Shown: positions 46,688-57,874, numbered from the stretch's first letter. The stretch is 64,000 nucleotides of DNA from Alphaproteobacteria bacterium (GCA_021775935.1 JAJFGY010000039.1:17340-81339); one strand, 5' to 3'. Translations and numbers: made by a program. Notes: generated by a model from the sequence alone, not told the origin.

Positions 46688-47812
46688 TTAGGCCGCGTTG
46701 CGGGTTTCCAAACGCGTCACCAGTTTGTCTTTCCATTCAAGCGCACTGCCTAGGGCCAGGGCCAAAAGCTTTGAGCGACGGAAATAGAATTGCGTGTCGG
46801 CTTCCCACGTGTAACCGATGCCGCCATGCACCTGGATGTTCTCCTGAGCTGCGTAGCGGTAGGCTTCTGTTGCTGAGATCCGAGCTGCCGCAGCAGCTTC
46901 TGGAAGTTCCGCCCCGCCATCGTTCAGCATCATCGCGCCGAAATAGCAATTGGAGCGCGCAAGCTCGAGCTTCACATACATGTCGGCAATCTTATGTTTG
47001 ATGGCCTGATACGACCCGATCAACCGTCCGAACGCATAGCGCTCCAGCGCATAATCGCGCGCCATCCACATGGAAGCCTCTGCGCCACCGATCTGCTCAA
47101 ACGCCATCAGGATGGCCGCTGAGTCAAAAACAGCACTTGTGCTCGCCCAGCCTTCACCTTCTGTGCCCATCAGTTCGGCTGGCGCATCTTTGAAGGTGAT
47201 GTTTGCATGGCTGCGTGTTGGATCGATTGTCTTCACGGTCTCGATGGTGACACCGCCGGCTTTCAGATCCACGATAGCAAGCGATAGCGCCCGGTCCCCG
47301 GATCCGCCTGTATTGGCTAGCACAACAGCAAAATCTGCAATGTCGCCGTCTGGTACAGCGATCTTGGTGCCATTCAGTTTGCCGCCTTTGAGGGCGACTT
47401 CCACCGTCCGTGGACTGGCAGCTGTAAAGCCTTCGGCCATCGCGAATGTGCCGATCACTTCACCGCTCGCGAGTTTTGGCAACCAGGCGTGTTTTTGTTC
47501 TTCGGTGCCCGCAACAATCAGTGCTTCGGTTGCGAGGTAAACAGAGCTGGAGAAGGGAACAGGCGCGGCAGAGCGGCCTAGTTCTTCTGCGACAACACAC
47601 AGCTCAAGCGCGCCAAGACCCAGCCCGCCATATTCTTCAGGGATTGCGGTGCCGGTGACGCCCATCTCCACGAGGCCATCCCACACATCTTTGGCGAAGG
47701 GTTCATCCCCATCCAAAACCTTGCGGACACGGCCCAAGTCACACTTGTCCGCCAGCAGTTTCCGGACCGACTCTTTCAAGAGTTTCTGGTCGTCAGAAAA
47801 ATCGAAATTCAT
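46688..47812 (-). CDS. Acyl-CoA dehydrogenase (likely heteromeric partner)
   Basis: RYAFGRLIGSYQAIKH, QVHGGIGYTWE; divergent C-terminus. Confidence 0.92.
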   Translation of the reverse strand: MNFDFSDDQKLLKESVRKLLADKCDLGRVRKVLDGDEPFAKDVWDGLVEMGVTGTAIPEEYGGLGLGALELCVVAEELGRSAAPVPFSSSVYLATEALIVAGTEEQKHAWLPKLASGEVIGTFAMAEGFTAASPRTVEVALKGGKLNGTKIAVPDGDIADFAVVLANTGGSGDRALSLAIVDLKAGGVTIETVKTIDPTRSHANITFKDAPAELMGTEGEGWASTSAVFDSAAILMAFEQIGGAEASMWMARDYALERYAFGRLIGSYQAIKHKIADMYVKLELARSNCYFGAMMLNDGGAELPEAAAAARISATEAYRYAAQENIQVHGGIGYTWEADTQFYFRRSKLLALALGSALEWKDKLVTRLETRNAA

Positions 47813-48045
47813 ATCGTCTCCCAAGTGTCCCGATCAGTTGTATCGCCCGATCGTTTTTTGAGCGGCCTCAGACCCTGTTTCATTTTGCAGAAACTAGGTC
47901 GCGGTCCCCTGTTTTCAATCCTATAAGTCGGCGCGTATTCTTGCTGTAAATGCCTGGAACGCAAAGGTTTTTCGAGAGTTCGCGGGTTCGCGTAGCGAAA
48001 TTGGTCTGTACCGCTCAGCTTTGACGCAGGGTCAGGCTTAGAGGC

Positions 48046-48552
48046 CTATTCTGCCGCTTCCGAACCAGATTTCGATGTGATCGTCCCGTCTTCCAAATCG
48101 AAGGGGCTGAGATTCGTTTTTATGGACGCCAAGACATCCAACATGATGTCGATTTTCTTCTCCGGCACATCTTTGAGCGCTTCGGCGAAGACAGCCCTTG
48201 CGGCGTCGCGCATGCTCGGCAAGGCAGCCATGCCCTGATCATTGATGAAAACGCGGCGGACACGCCGGTCTTCGGGATCAGGTTCTCGGTTGATGTAGCC
48301 GCTTTCCTCCATCCGATCGAGCAGCCGACCGAGTGGTGCCTTTTCCATCTCAAGCTCATTGGCCAGCTGAGTCTGCGTAAGCCCCCCATCCTGGCGTTCA
48401 AGATTGGCCAATACACGCGCTTGTGGTTCGGAAAGGTCTGATCCAGAGGCTTTGAACGTGCGTGCCCAATTACGCCGGATCAGCCGCTGCACATCGTGCA
48501 TCGCCCAAGCAAATCTGCGCTCAAACTCGAAATCGTCGTCGTTTTCTGCCAT
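48046..48552 (-). CDS. MarR/SlyA-family transcriptional regulator
   Basis: TQTQLANELEMEKAPLGRLLDRME, PDPEDRRVRRV. Confidence 0.92.
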   Translation of the reverse strand: MAENDDDFEFERRFAWAMHDVQRLIRRNWARTFKASGSDLSEPQARVLANLERQDGGLTQTQLANELEMEKAPLGRLLDRMEESGYINREPDPEDRRVRRVFINDQGMAALPSMRDAARAVFAEALKDVPEKKIDIMLDVLASIKTNLSPFDLEDGTITSKSGSEAAE

Positions 48553-48631
48553 TGGCCTTCAGAACTTATCCCCGCCTCATCTGGGCCGCCTATTCTTAAG
48601 CTCGGCCACTAAGACGTTCAATAAAGGAACA

Positions 48632-48660
48632 CTAGATATAATATCTGTAGTTACTATAAT
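48632..48660 (+). promoter_or_regulatory. RND operon promoter / MarR operator region
   Basis: AT-rich palindromes AGATAT-A-ATATCT and TAGT-T-ACTA overlapping TATAAT (48655-48660). Confidence 0.5.
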
Positions 48661-48714
48661 CAGAGCAACAAAAATTCAACAGCCGGTTTGATCTACCGCC
48701 ACCAAAGGCCCGCT

Positions 48715-49938
48715 ATGATGTCCAGAGCCCCCGATATGCGCCTACTCTCTCTTCGCATTCGATTGAAATCTCTGCTTCAGATCACCCTGATCGCCAGTGC
48801 GGCCTTCGCGCTAGTCGCCTGCGGTGAGGAAGAGGCCGCTCAAGCAAGCAGCGATACCGCCCCCCTTCCGGCGGTCAGCGTCTTCTCAACTCATGTGGTG
48901 AGCGAGGAGCTGATCAAACCCGTGACAGGGACCGGCACAATCGCCGCGCATAAGGCGACCGATGTCGGCCCACTGGTGGACGGCATTATCGAGGAAGTGT
49001 TTGTGCGGGTGGGAGACCGGGTTGCGCAAGGTGATCCCCTGTTCAAAACCCGCGATGTGGAGTTTCGCCTCCGGGTTCAAGAACTGGAAGCTGAACATCG
49101 TCTTGCCGAAGCAGAAGCACGCAATTCACGGCGCGAGCTCAATCGCATCAAGGAGCTTCATGGCAAGGGTGTTGCCTCGGTTGGCCAGTTGGACAATGTG
49201 CAAACGAAATCAGACATCGCCTCGGCACGGTTGAGCATTGCCTCAGCGCGCCTTGATGCGGCAAAGCAAGCCCTAACGGACTCAGTCGTGATGGCTCCTT
49301 TCGACGGAGTGGTGACCTCGCAGGACATTTACGAGGGCAAGTTTATGTCAACGCGGGGCGGCGGGGGCAGCATGGGCGGCCCGTCTGGCGTCGTCCAGGT
49401 TCTCAAAATCGACATTGTGGGGGCGATCATCAATGTGCCGGAAGTTCATGTCGGTCAGATTGGTGTTGGAACGAAAGCCCGCGTCTATGTAGACGGCATT
49501 GAGGGTGTCTATGACAGCGAAATTCATATCTTCAATGACCGGGTGGACCACACAACGCGATCTGCTGAAGTGCGGATTGGTCTTCGAAATCCTGACTACC
49601 TGATCAAGCCCGGCATGTTTACCCGCGCCGAGTTCTTTCCGCCGCCACGCCAAGCATTGACACTCGACCGTAAAGCCGTCCTTGGAATAGAGGGAAGTCA
49701 CTATGTCTTCATCGCCGACGCGGCTGGTCGTGCCAAACAAATGCCCGTCCGCGTTTCCCAGATCGATGCAGCGCGGGTGGAACTTCTCGAGGGTCTGATC
49801 GAGGGCGCGGAAGTTCTCGTTGGCCCCGCCGTGAGCTCTCTTGTTGAGGGCATGCCAGTCCAAATCGAAGCGGCCTATGATGGTGGCCAGCCCTCAGCGG
49901 CACTTGCACCTCCTACCTCACCTACAGAGGTGCAATAG
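48715..49938 (+). CDS. RND efflux periplasmic adaptor (MFP)
   Basis: Lipobox LVAC, VRVGDRVAQGDPL, APFDGVV, IKPGMF; start uncertain. Confidence 0.9.
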   Translation: MMSRAPDMRLLSLRIRLKSLLQITLIASAAFALVACGEEEAAQASSDTAPLPAVSVFSTHVVSEELIKPVTGTGTIAAHKATDVGPLVDGIIEEVFVRVGDRVAQGDPLFKTRDVEFRLRVQELEAEHRLAEAEARNSRRELNRIKELHGKGVASVGQLDNVQTKSDIASARLSIASARLDAAKQALTDSVVMAPFDGVVTSQDIYEGKFMSTRGGGGSMGGPSGVVQVLKIDIVGAIINVPEVHVGQIGVGTKARVYVDGIEGVYDSEIHIFNDRVDHTTRSAEVRIGLRNPDYLIKPGMFTRAEFFPPPRQALTLDRKAVLGIEGSHYVFIADAAGRAKQMPVRVSQIDAARVELLEGLIEGAEVLVGPAVSSLVEGMPVQIEAAYDGGQPSAALAPPTSPTEVQ

Positions 49939-49941
49939 ACT

Positions 49942-52900
49942 ATGTGGATTTCAGACGTTTCCATTAAGCGCCCCGTCTTTGCCGTGATGCTGATCGGTGC
50001 CCTTGTTGCCCTTGGCTGGATTTCGCTTGGCCGATTGGGTGTTGATCTCTTCCCCAAAGTGGAATTTCCCGTTGTCTCTGTTGAGACACGCCTGGAAGGT
50101 GCGTCGCCGCAAACCGTTGAGAGCGAGCTCAGCGACGCGATTGAAGAGCAGGTCAATACAATCTCGGGCATTGAAACGCTGTCGTCCACCAGTTCTGAGG
50201 GCCGCAGCTCCGTTGTAATCCAGTTTGAACTGGATGAAGACGCAGACGCCAAAGCGCAAGACGCGCGGGACAAAGTCTCGCTCGCGCAAGGTGATCTGCC
50301 CAATGACGCGGAACAATCCATCGTTCAGAAGATTGACCCGGACTCCCAACCCATCATGTCGATCATGATTGCAGGCGATATGCCGATCCGCGACCTCACG
50401 CGGTTTGCTGACAAGACTGTGAAAGAACACTTGCAGCGCATATCCGGTGTTGGTTCGATCCGCGTCGTGGGGGGGCGCGACCGGGAAGTGCGGATCTGGC
50501 TGGACGCAGTGAAACTGCGCTCCTATGCCGTCACTGCGGATGACGTGATCAGTGCGCTGCGGCGTGAACATGCTGAAATTCCAGGGGGCCGACTAGATAC
50601 AGCCGGTCTTCAGTCAGAATTTTCAGTGAAGACGATGGGCGAAGTCACCTCTGTCCCAGAGTTCGGCGACATTGTTATCAACTTCCGGGACAACGGTTTG
50701 CCGACACGGATCCGCGACGTCGCGCGTGTCGAAGACGGGATGGAAGATCGGCGTTCCTATGCAGAGCTTGATGGCAAGCCCGGTATCTCGCTCGAGGTGC
50801 GTCGACAGTCTGGGCGGAACACGGTGGAAGTTGCACAAGCCATCCGCACCGAGCTTGATGGCATTCGGGCCCTTGCCCCTCCTGGTGTGCGCATTGTCAC
50901 CGCGCGGGACACATCACTCTTCATCGAAGCCGCCGCCAATGACGTGTTTGACGACATTATGCTGGGTGTCCTGCTCGTCGTTATTGTGACGCTTGCTTTC
51001 CTGCTTAGCTTCCGCGCCACCCTCATTGTGGCGATGGCGATGCCGACGGCGCTTATTTCCAGCTTCTTTGCTTTCTATGTGATGGACTTCACCATCAACA
51101 TGATGACGTTGATGGCGCTCTCTATCTCAGTGGGTCTTTTGGTTGATGACGCGATCGTTGTGCTGGAGAGCATCTACCGCAAACTCGACGAAGGCCATCC
51201 GCCGATGGAAGCTGCGTCCCTTGGTGTGAAGCAAGTGGGCCTTGCGGTCTTTGCAGGAACCGCCTCCGTTTGTGCCGTCTTTGTGCCCATCGCCTTTATG
51301 GAAGGCATGGTGGGACGCTTCTTCTTTCAATATGGCATGGCGATCACATTCTCCGTTCTGGTCTCACTGCTCACCTCCATCACTCTCACGCCCATGCTGT
51401 GCTCGCGCCTGTTGAGCGAGGCTGCGGACAATCGGGACAACATGGGCCGGGTAGCGCGTTTCTTCGACGATGGATATCTGAAGCTTGAGCAGGCCTATCG
51501 CAGCACCCTTGCGCTCGCACTCAACTATCGCTGGGTCGTGATGCTGGGCGCAGTTGGCACGGTTGCGCTGGGCGTGATGGTCGCGCGCACGCTGCCCATC
51601 GCGTTTGATAGCAGCTCTGACCGCTCTGAATTTCTGGCAAATGTGGATCTGCCGTTTGGAACAGGCATTGACCAGATGCGGGTTATCGCGAGCCGGGTGG
51701 CAAAACGCCTTAGCGCCCTCGATCACGTCAATACGGTTTTCTACACCATAGGCGCCGACGCCCAGGAGAGGGTGAATGAAGCGGAGTTTTACATTGCGGT
51801 GACGCCGAAGGCGGACCGTGACGTGGGCATTGTGAAGCTCATGGATGCTGTGCGATCAGAAATGAAGCTCTCTGCGCCGGAGGCCCAAAAAGTTTCCGTC
51901 ACTGAAGTGCCCTGGATTTCGGGCGGTGGGAGTTCCAATTTCGGGATCAATTATGCCATTAGTGGTGCGGACCTTGGCGTCCTGCAACAGCGTACAGATG
52001 CCATCCTGGCGCGCATGCGCGCAAGCGGCAGTTTTGCTGATGTGCAATCGAGCTTTGAAAGCGGCAAACCGGAGGTACAGGTAGCGATTGACCGCAGGCG
52101 CGCCGCCGATCTCGGTGTCAGCATGCGGACGCTGGCCGAGTCAGTTCGCGCCCTTGTCGGCGGAACCGACGTCACCACCTATGAAGAATTCGGATCGCGC
52201 TACGATGTGCGGGTGCGTCTGGAAGAAGACCAGCGCAATGATGTCACCAAGCTTGAGATGATCCAGATCCGTGCCGGTGATGGCCGGTTGATCGACATCG
52301 CCAATCTCGCCCAGTTCGACATTGATGCCGGGCCAGCCCAAATCACCCGACAAAACCGGGCGCGCAGCATCATGATCATGGCCAATACACCAGAAGGCGT
52401 ATCTCTCGGGCCTGCGACAGATGAACTGGAACGGATCATTGCGGCGGTGGGGCTGCCTGCGGGGTATATCTGGAGTGCAGAAGGCGAAGCCAAACGCATG
52501 AAAGAGAACCAGCAGGCCATTGGCTTTGCTTTCATGCTGGCGCTCGCCGCGCTCTATATGATCCTGGCCAGCCAGTTTAACAGCTTTGTGCAACCTGTGA
52601 TCATCATGCTCACGGCCCCCCTTTCTTTCGTAGGTGCTTTCATCGCGCTCAAGCTCTCCGGGCTTGAACTCACCATGTTCGCCCAGATCGGCCTTCTGGC
52701 GTTGATGGGCTTGGTGATGAAAAACGGCATTCTGCTTGTGGACTATGCTAACCAGCTCACAGAAAAATTGGGGTCCTCAAGGGCCGCTATGCTGGAAGCA
52801 GGACCAGTGCGGCTGCGCCCCGTGCTCATGACCGCGTTTTCAACGATCTGCGGCATGATCCCTGTCGCCTTTTCCGACAGCCAAGGCGCGGAATTCCGCA

Positions 52901-53088
52901 ACGCGATGGGCTTTCTCGTGATTGGCGGCCTTGCCTCCTCAACCTTCCTTACCCTGCTCGTGGTTCCGACCGCCTACACGCTGATGGATGATGCGGGCAT
53001 CCTCATCCGACGGGGTATTGATCGGGCTAAAGCCGGTCTGGCAGACGGTGGCGCAAAGGGTTTGGCACGTTTCAAGAGAAAACTCTAA
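49942..53088 (+). CDS. RND efflux permease (AcrB/AcrD/AcrF family)
   Basis: 1048 aa; IKRPVFA, GLLVDDAIVVLE, KNGILLVD, RLRPVLMT. Confidence 0.95.
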   Translation: MWISDVSIKRPVFAVMLIGALVALGWISLGRLGVDLFPKVEFPVVSVETRLEGASPQTVESELSDAIEEQVNTISGIETLSSTSSEGRSSVVIQFELDEDADAKAQDARDKVSLAQGDLPNDAEQSIVQKIDPDSQPIMSIMIAGDMPIRDLTRFADKTVKEHLQRISGVGSIRVVGGRDREVRIWLDAVKLRSYAVTADDVISALRREHAEIPGGRLDTAGLQSEFSVKTMGEVTSVPEFGDIVINFRDNGLPTRIRDVARVEDGMEDRRSYAELDGKPGISLEVRRQSGRNTVEVAQAIRTELDGIRALAPPGVRIVTARDTSLFIEAAANDVFDDIMLGVLLVVIVTLAFLLSFRATLIVAMAMPTALISSFFAFYVMDFTINMMTLMALSISVGLLVDDAIVVLESIYRKLDEGHPPMEAASLGVKQVGLAVFAGTASVCAVFVPIAFMEGMVGRFFFQYGMAITFSVLVSLLTSITLTPMLCSRLLSEAADNRDNMGRVARFFDDGYLKLEQAYRSTLALALNYRWVVMLGAVGTVALGVMVARTLPIAFDSSSDRSEFLANVDLPFGTGIDQMRVIASRVAKRLSALDHVNTVFYTIGADAQERVNEAEFYIAVTPKADRDVGIVKLMDAVRSEMKLSAPEAQKVSVTEVPWISGGGSSNFGINYAISGADLGVLQQRTDAILARMRASGSFADVQSSFESGKPEVQVAIDRRRAADLGVSMRTLAESVRALVGGTDVTTYEEFGSRYDVRVRLEEDQRNDVTKLEMIQIRAGDGRLIDIANLAQFDIDAGPAQITRQNRARSIMIMANTPEGVSLGPATDELERIIAAVGLPAGYIWSAEGEAKRMKENQQAIGFAFMLALAALYMILASQFNSFVQPVIIMLTAPLSFVGAFIALKLSGLELTMFAQIGLLALMGLVMKNGILLVDYANQLTEKLGSSRAAMLEAGPVRLRPVLMTAFSTICGMIPVAFSDSQGAEFRNAMGFLVIGGLASSTFLTLLVVPTAYTLMDDAGILIRRGIDRAKAGLADGGAKGLARFKRKL

Positions 53089-53190
53089 AAATCGCTCTCC
53101 ATGGTTGGCGAGGACGTGTGAAAAGCATACATTCGCGGCTCCCGCGATGTGCTTTGCACACCCCCGCCTGTCAGTCAGATTGTGATGCTC

Positions 53191-55836
53191 ATGAAAACGG
53201 AAGAACCGCGCCCCGTTCTCCTCAAAGAATACCGTCCGCCAGCTTTCCTGGTAGATACTGTCTCCTTGGACGTGTCGCTCGACCCTGACAAAACAGAAGT
53301 ACGCTCACTTCTGACGATGCGCCGCAACCCGGACGCAGACGGCGAAGGACCATTGGTCCTCGACGGTGAGCATCTGACCCTCAAGGAAGTGCGGGTGAAT
53401 GATGAACGGTTGGGCGAAAACCAATATCAGGTTGACGACACATCGCTCACGATCGCGGAACTGCCTGACACATTCACCCTGTCAACGCTGACCAATTGCG
53501 CGCCAGCGGCCAACACGGCCCTGACAGGGTTATATCAGTCAAACGGCATTTTCTGCACCCAGTGCGAGGCAGAAGGCTTCCGCCGCATCACCTATTACCT
53601 TGATCGACCTGATGTGATGGCGGAATTTCGCACGCGCATTGTCTCCGACAGAACACTAGCGCCCGTGCTGCTCTCCAATGGCAATTGCGTGGCGACAGGC
53701 GAGACCGATGACGGTCGCCACTTTGCCGAATGGCATGACCCGTTCAAAAAACCTGCTTACCTGTTTGCCCTGGTCGCAGGCGATCTTGCCGTGGTGGAGG
53801 ACACATTCCACACCATGACGGGCCGGGATGTGACGCTTCGGATTTTTGTTGAGCCCGGGAATGAAGACCGCTGCGACTATGCCATGGACGCTCTGAAGCG
53901 CTCCATGAAGTGGGATGAAGAAGTTTTTGGTCGCGAATACGACCTCGACATTTTCATGATCGTCGCCGTCAGCGCCTTCAACATGGGTGCGATGGAAAAT
54001 AAGGGCCTTAATGTCTTCAACGACAAATATGTGCTGGCCCGTCCCGACACCGCAACAGATGCTGACTATGCCGCGATTGAATCCATCATCGCGCATGAGT
54101 ATTTTCACAACTGGACCGGCAACCGCATTACCTGCCGCGACTGGTTTCAGCTCTGCCTGAAAGAAGGCCTCACCGTCTTTCGCGACCAGGAGTTCACCAG
54201 CGATCAACGCTCCCGCTCCGTGAAGCGTATCGCAGACGTGCGCCTGTTGCGGACGCATCAGTTTCCTGAAGATGGAGGCCCCCTCGCCCACCCTGTGCGC
54301 CCGGACAGCTATATTGAGATCAATAATTTCTACACAGCGACCGTTTATGAAAAAGGAGCCGAGCTTGTCCGCATGATCCACACATTGCTGGGACCGGACC
54401 GTTTCCGCAAAGGCATGGATCTCTACTTTGACCGTCATGATGGGGAAGCTGCGACCGTTGAAGACTTCCTCACCTCGCTTGCAGATGGGGGCGAAGAAGA
54501 TCTCACGTCTTTCAAGCGATGGTACGCCCAGGCTGGCACGCCGGAAGTTCTGATCGCTGGCAAATGGGATGCCGCTGCCAAAACCTATACGCTCAAAATG
54601 AGCCAGATATGCCCTCCCACGCCTGGACAACCAACGAAGGAAGCTCTGCCAATCCCTATTGCGCTCGGGCTGCTCGATCCTCGGGGCAATGAAATCGCGC
54701 TGCAGCTTGACGGTGACAGAGCACCCGGAGGCACATCCCGGGTGGTCACGCTTACAGAGCGCGAGCAGGTTTTTACGTTCAGCAATGTCGCTGAGCAGCC
54801 GGTCCCCTCTTTGCTGCGCGGGTTTACCGCACCGGTGAAACTCAATGCCCAGCAGAACGAGCGGGATTGGACTTTCCTGATGGCCCACGACACGGACCCG
54901 TTTAACAGATGGGAAGCGGGCCAAAAATATGCGTCAGCCATTCTTGTGGCCAATGTAGAAGCCATCCAAAAAGGCAACAAAGAACGCGCAGGCAATGCAT
55001 TTGCCGATATCATCAAAAACCTGCTGGCAGACAGCACGCTGGAGCCTGAATTTGTCGCACAGATCATCACTTTGCCTGCTGAACAAACGCTCGCACAAAC
55101 AATTGCCAAAAATGTAGATGTGGACGCGATACATGACGCGCGAAATGGGCTGAAAGCCAGCATTGCCAAAACATTGTCGGATGTGTTTCGCGCAGCCTAT
55201 GACCGGTTCAAGGTCACAGGAGCCTATTCGCCTGACGCTGAAAGTGCCGGACGCCGCACGCTGCGCAATGTGTGTCTGTCTTATCTGATGGCCGCTTCCA
55301 ATCCGGAAGGCTTGCAGCTTGCAGTCGAGCAATTCAATACAGCCGACAACATGACTGACCAGATTGCCGCTCTCGCTCTTCTGACAAACCATGACGGGCC
55401 GGAGCGCTCGCAAGCCCTTAGTGCCTTTCATGATCGTTGGGCAGAAGACCACATTGTCATCGACAAGTGGTTTGCGCTCCAGGCGACCTCAACACGGGAA
55501 AGCGCGTTGGACGATGTGAAACAATTGACGTCGCATCCTGTGTTTTCGCTCTCTAACCCCAACAAGGTGCGCGCCTTGATCGGCAGCTTTGCATCTGCAA
55601 ACCAGGTGCGCTTCCACGCTGCGGATGGATCCGGCTACACCTATATCAGCGACAAGGTGCTGGAGCTTGATCGGTTGAACCCACAGGTTGCTGCACGCAT
55701 GTTGGGGGCGTTCCGGTCCTGGCGACAGTTTGATGTCACACGGCAAACGCTTATCCGCGATGCACTTCAGAAGGTGGTCGACACGCCGGGCATATCTCAG
55801 GATGTCTATGAGATCGCCAGCAAATCTCTGACCTGA
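53191..55836 (+). CDS. pepN: Aminopeptidase N
   Basis: TQCEAEGFRRIT, GAMENKGLN, HEYFHNWTGNR, NFYTATVYEKGAE. Confidence 0.97.
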   Translation: MKTEEPRPVLLKEYRPPAFLVDTVSLDVSLDPDKTEVRSLLTMRRNPDADGEGPLVLDGEHLTLKEVRVNDERLGENQYQVDDTSLTIAELPDTFTLSTLTNCAPAANTALTGLYQSNGIFCTQCEAEGFRRITYYLDRPDVMAEFRTRIVSDRTLAPVLLSNGNCVATGETDDGRHFAEWHDPFKKPAYLFALVAGDLAVVEDTFHTMTGRDVTLRIFVEPGNEDRCDYAMDALKRSMKWDEEVFGREYDLDIFMIVAVSAFNMGAMENKGLNVFNDKYVLARPDTATDADYAAIESIIAHEYFHNWTGNRITCRDWFQLCLKEGLTVFRDQEFTSDQRSRSVKRIADVRLLRTHQFPEDGGPLAHPVRPDSYIEINNFYTATVYEKGAELVRMIHTLLGPDRFRKGMDLYFDRHDGEAATVEDFLTSLADGGEEDLTSFKRWYAQAGTPEVLIAGKWDAAAKTYTLKMSQICPPTPGQPTKEALPIPIALGLLDPRGNEIALQLDGDRAPGGTSRVVTLTEREQVFTFSNVAEQPVPSLLRGFTAPVKLNAQQNERDWTFLMAHDTDPFNRWEAGQKYASAILVANVEAIQKGNKERAGNAFADIIKNLLADSTLEPEFVAQIITLPAEQTLAQTIAKNVDVDAIHDARNGLKASIAKTLSDVFRAAYDRFKVTGAYSPDAESAGRRTLRNVCLSYLMAASNPEGLQLAVEQFNTADNMTDQIAALALLTNHDGPERSQALSAFHDRWAEDHIVIDKWFALQATSTRESALDDVKQLTSHPVFSLSNPNKVRALIGSFASANQVRFHAADGSGYTYISDKVLELDRLNPQVAARMLGAFRSWRQFDVTRQTLIRDALQKVVDTPGISQDVYEIASKSLT

Positions 55837-56080
55837 CCAGGCAAGCATGAAGTGAGTCATAAATGCACCGTTGCCGGGTGATTTTTGGTTCTGCCTTTGG
55901 CAGAACTGGACAAAGTTAACGCGCCACTGAATCATCAAAAAAGCGAATCAGATCCGCAGAAACCTAGATGTTCTGCCGGATTGGCGAGCGCGCTTTTGGG
56001 GTCTAGAATGGACCTCGCCATGAGGGGGCTGAAGACAGATGAACCTTGTGGCCACAGTAAGAGAAAAGATACCTGGCGCC

Positions 56081-57874
56081 ATGTCGCGTGAAACAGACGG
56101 CTCAGATATACCCGATAAAAGTGCAGAACCAACGACTTGGGCGCAGAAGCTGACCCTTGGCGTTTCTGCTGTTGCCCTCACAGCCGCCAACGGTGCGCTG
56201 GCATGGCAGGAAGGACTGTCTCGTCCCCTCCTGCTCTCTGCGCTGGTCAGCGCTGCCTGCCTCGGTCTTGGATATGGCCTTGTGCGCTCCAACGAACGCA
56301 AGGCTGAAGCCCAAAGGCAAGCCGCAGACAATCAACAGCGGTTCGACATGGCTTTTGCGGGTGCGCGTTGTGGCATCTGGGACTGGGACATTGCCGAAAA
56401 CCGCGTCTATTGGTCCAAGGCCATGTTTGACATGCTCGGACGGCGCCAACCGGCGACACGGATGACGCCTGCTGAAATTAAGGCGCTGACCCATCCAGAC
56501 GATGTGGGGTCAATCGACGATATCATTGCAGCACCAGAGCGGGCATCGCGGTCTTATGACACCAGCTTTCGCCTTCTGCATGAAGACGGCACGTGGATTT
56601 GGGTCCATGCCAAGGGTCAGGTCTGGAGCGCCCCGCGCAATATGGGGGACCGGGTCATTGGTCTAACCATTGATATTTCTGAACAACGCAATGCTGAGGC
56701 CACCGCACAATTGGCGACGGACCGCCTGAGCGATGCTATTGACAGCATTGGTGAGGCCTTCGTCCTGTTCGATCAGGATGACATGCTCCTGGCGTGTAAT
56801 GACAAGTTCCGGGAATTTCTGGACATAGACGCCGACCGGGCTGTTGCAGGCACCACCCGTGCCGCGCTCTTTGATCATACAGGCCTCGCAGAAGCGTGGC
56901 CTTCTGATCCGGAGGCTGATGCTACTGAGATCAGGTTGCCCACCGGGCGCTGGCTGCAGATCAGCACTCGCTCCACAGCTGATGGCAGCCATGTGAGTGT
57001 TGGCACTGATATTTCTGCCATCAAGGCACAGGAAGAAGCGCTGACAACGCACCAGGACCGGCTTCAGTCGACGGTGAGCGATCTGGAAATGTCAAAGTCC
57101 AAGCTTCAGGATCAAGCAAGCCAGCTTGTTGAACTTGCTGAGAAATATGCCGCTGAGAAATCCCGGGCAGAAGCGGCCAACCGCTCCAAGTCTGAATTCC
57201 TGGCCAATATGAGCCACGAGTTGCGCACGCCGCTCAACGCGATCATCGGCTTTTCGCAGATGATGGAAACGCAGCTTTTTGGCCCGCTTGGCGCGCCAAA
57301 ATATGATGAGTACGCAACCGATATCAAAGCGAGTGGCGAACATTTGCTGGATGTGATCAATGACATTCTCGACATGTCCAAGATCGAAGCAGGACGCCTG
57401 ACCCTAGAGCTTGAACATCTCGACATTGCTGATGCCGTGCGCGACGCGCTGCGCCTTGTCGCCGGCCGCGCCGATATTGCTCAAGTACGTCTCACCAACG
57501 ATATAGGCCTTCAACCACCGGTGCTTGCGGACAAACGCGCTGTCAAACAGGTTCTACTCAACCTGCTCTCCAACGCGGTGAAATTCACTGAAGCAGGTGG
57601 TGCTGTGACCATTAGCGCAGAAGCCATGCAAGGCCAGCTTCGTGTTTCCGTTTCTGATACCGGGATTGGCATTCCAGCTGCGCATCTGTCCAAGCTCGGC
57701 AAACCCTTTGAGCAAGTGGAATCTCAGCACAGCAAGAAGCATAAAGGCACTGGCCTGGGCCTCGCATTGTCACGCTCACTTGTGGAAATGCATGAGGGTG
57801 CCCTAACCATTGAGAGCGATGAAGGTGTGGGAACGACCGTCTCTTTCACCGTGCCGCTGGCTGCAACGCACTAG
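56081..57874 (+). CDS. pleC: PAS-domain sensor histidine kinase, PleC-like
   Basis: GARCGIWDWD PAS, EAFVLFD second PAS, KYAAEKSRAEAANRSKSEFLANMSHELRTPLN; lies downstream of pepN as in other alphaproteobacteria. Confidence 0.75.
   Translation: MSRETDGSDIPDKSAEPTTWAQKLTLGVSAVALTAANGALAWQEGLSRPLLLSALVSAACLGLGYGLVRSNERKAEAQRQAADNQQRFDMAFAGARCGIWDWDIAENRVYWSKAMFDMLGRRQPATRMTPAEIKALTHPDDVGSIDDIIAAPERASRSYDTSFRLLHEDGTWIWVHAKGQVWSAPRNMGDRVIGLTIDISEQRNAEATAQLATDRLSDAIDSIGEAFVLFDQDDMLLACNDKFREFLDIDADRAVAGTTRAALFDHTGLAEAWPSDPEADATEIRLPTGRWLQISTRSTADGSHVSVGTDISAIKAQEEALTTHQDRLQSTVSDLEMSKSKLQDQASQLVELAEKYAAEKSRAEAANRSKSEFLANMSHELRTPLNAIIGFSQMMETQLFGPLGAPKYDEYATDIKASGEHLLDVINDILDMSKIEAGRLTLELEHLDIADAVRDALRLVAGRADIAQVRLTNDIGLQPPVLADKRAVKQVLLNLLSNAVKFTEAGGAVTISAEAMQGQLRVSVSDTGIGIPAAHLSKLGKPFEQVESQHSKKHKGTGLGLALSRSLVEMHEGALTIESDEGVGTTVSFTVPLAATH

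Noticed and set aside
48715-53088. RND operon lacking an outer-membrane factor
   Set aside because: Common arrangement; TolC is usually encoded elsewhere
53656-54924. 422 aa antisense ORF inside pepN
   Set aside because: Shadow frame of a high-GC gene; no recognisable motifs
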